A stretch of DNA of 63,163 nucleotides, filler included, from Choristocarpus tenellus KU-1152 (taxonomy: Eukaryota > Protista > Phaeophyceae): assembly GCA_964200185.2 (NCBI GenBank). It is 10 parts of 10 records of this genome, joined end to end, with 100 filler letters (N's around TTAATTAATTAA, not from the genome) between each part and the next. Parts side by side here need not be neighbours in the genome. Positions count along the whole stretch, not along the records: positions 58,065 to 63,163 come from CAXNAD020011878.1; 9 more parts are not named here. The stretch is one strand, 5' to 3'. Both the position numbers and the translations under genes were made by a program. How positions within the stretch are numbered: the stretch's first letter is position 1; every line of letters begins with the position of its first letter. The notes beneath the pieces are model-generated. The model ran no database searches. It was not told the origin of the DNA and worked only from the letters and a program-made list of their open reading frames with translations. Below are positions 62,315-63,163 of the stretch, piece by piece.

Positions 62315-62604
62315 GTGTAGTATACCCATGTAGCATGGTATCCCCTCATTGTCGCTCATGCGAGTCCTGCAAATGATGTATCGACTGACCCTCTATTTGT
62401 CACTTCTTAAGCCTTCTAGAAATACAATGTGGCTGGATCTTGCCATATTCACGACTTGAAGTATTTATGCACTTAAATAGTCACTTGCTGGGAGGATTGT
62501 AGCCGGAATTATTAAGTAGTTTGAATCCAAGTACGGCAGCAAATCTTTCCAGTAAGGATCTGGATCATCCTGATATGCCTGTGCCAGGAAGGCATGCAGC
62601 TTTC
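62315..62604 (-). CDS. Possible exons of an unknown gene
   Basis: Minus-strand CAG|..KLHAFLAQAYQDDPDPYWKDLLPYLDSNYLIIPATILP and a second short open exon TRMSDNEGIPCYMGILH|GTACG. No recognised homology. Confidence 0.25.
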
Positions 62605-62776
62605 TGGAAGGATTCAGGGGAAAGAAGCAAGGAAGGATGTGACTGGGGCTGTTTCTGTTTTTCTGTGTTGCTCAACATGTCGTTTATTCTCCGGTCGATA
62701 CCATCTCATCACACTTTCAGTGCACCCAATGACTGGGTGTCTCTGAGTGTTATATTGGTCAATAATTCATGCCTGA

Positions 62777-62967
62777 GCCTCAAAGTATCTGGGGGAGGAG
62801 AGGGGGTGGGGTCTAGATCAGGGTGTCCATTTGGGCCCTGACCAGGAAAAGTGCCCTTAAATTATCCATCTGACGCATGCAACCAAATCACCCAAGAATC
62901 GAGACATGGAAAAATGGGCCCTGAAAGGACAGCCGCCTGCCCCCGCCCCCCCCAGATACTTTGAGTC
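62777..62967 (+). mobile_element. MITE family B, full length
   Basis: GCCTCAAAGTATCTGGGG ... CCCCAGATACTTTGAGTC. Flanks CTG(A)/CTG. Confidence 0.93.
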
Positions 62968-63163
62968 CTGGCCTTTCTTTGTCAATCATGTGAGTTGTGT
63001 TTGACTTCTCTTCTTGCAGTTCCCGACTTGACACATGTCTATGGTTGATAGGGTTAGGGGTTTGGGTGGGATTGGGAAAGATTTGACAAGAACAAAATGA
63101 TTCCTCTCACTCGCTTAAAATTTTGCAGGGTGACTAGGAAATGGGTCAAAGTATCTTGGGGGG

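Overview
Eukaryotic, intron-rich and repeat-rich genomic DNA. It is most consistent with a brown alga or related stramenopile, an inference from TTAGGG tracts, short exons with long introns and the TE types present. The window is not contiguous: ten unrelated contigs are joined by an artificial 100-nt linker (N44-TTAATTAATTAA-N44), so nothing can be inferred from gene neighbourhood across linkers. Host genes, all partial and spliced on the + strand: the 3' end of DNA-PKcs (PI3K-like kinase plus FATC, 12 exons, 8379-17807), a very large coiled-coil protein gene (about 23 exons, 36421-52168) and an internal part of SPT6 (7 exons, 53016-57292). The rest is mostly decayed TEs: two mariner (DDxD) remnants; RTE, CRE/RLE and Penelope-like retroelement relics; two intron-interrupted Sola-like transposase pseudogenes; and several tandem arrays (78, about 102, 30 and 20 bp). 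The most notable structure is a set of three related MITE families that share the TIR core AAAGTATCT and a subterminal GTCCATTTGG motif. Family A has GAG..CTC ends and a 4-bp TSD, shown by an empty paralogous site inside the window. Family B appears to have a 3-bp TSD and has inserted into family A twice. Also notable are several apparent AG|GCAAG (GC-AG) splice donors and a reconstructable intronless orphan ORF of about 540 aa. No CRISPR array, rRNA or tRNA could be supported.
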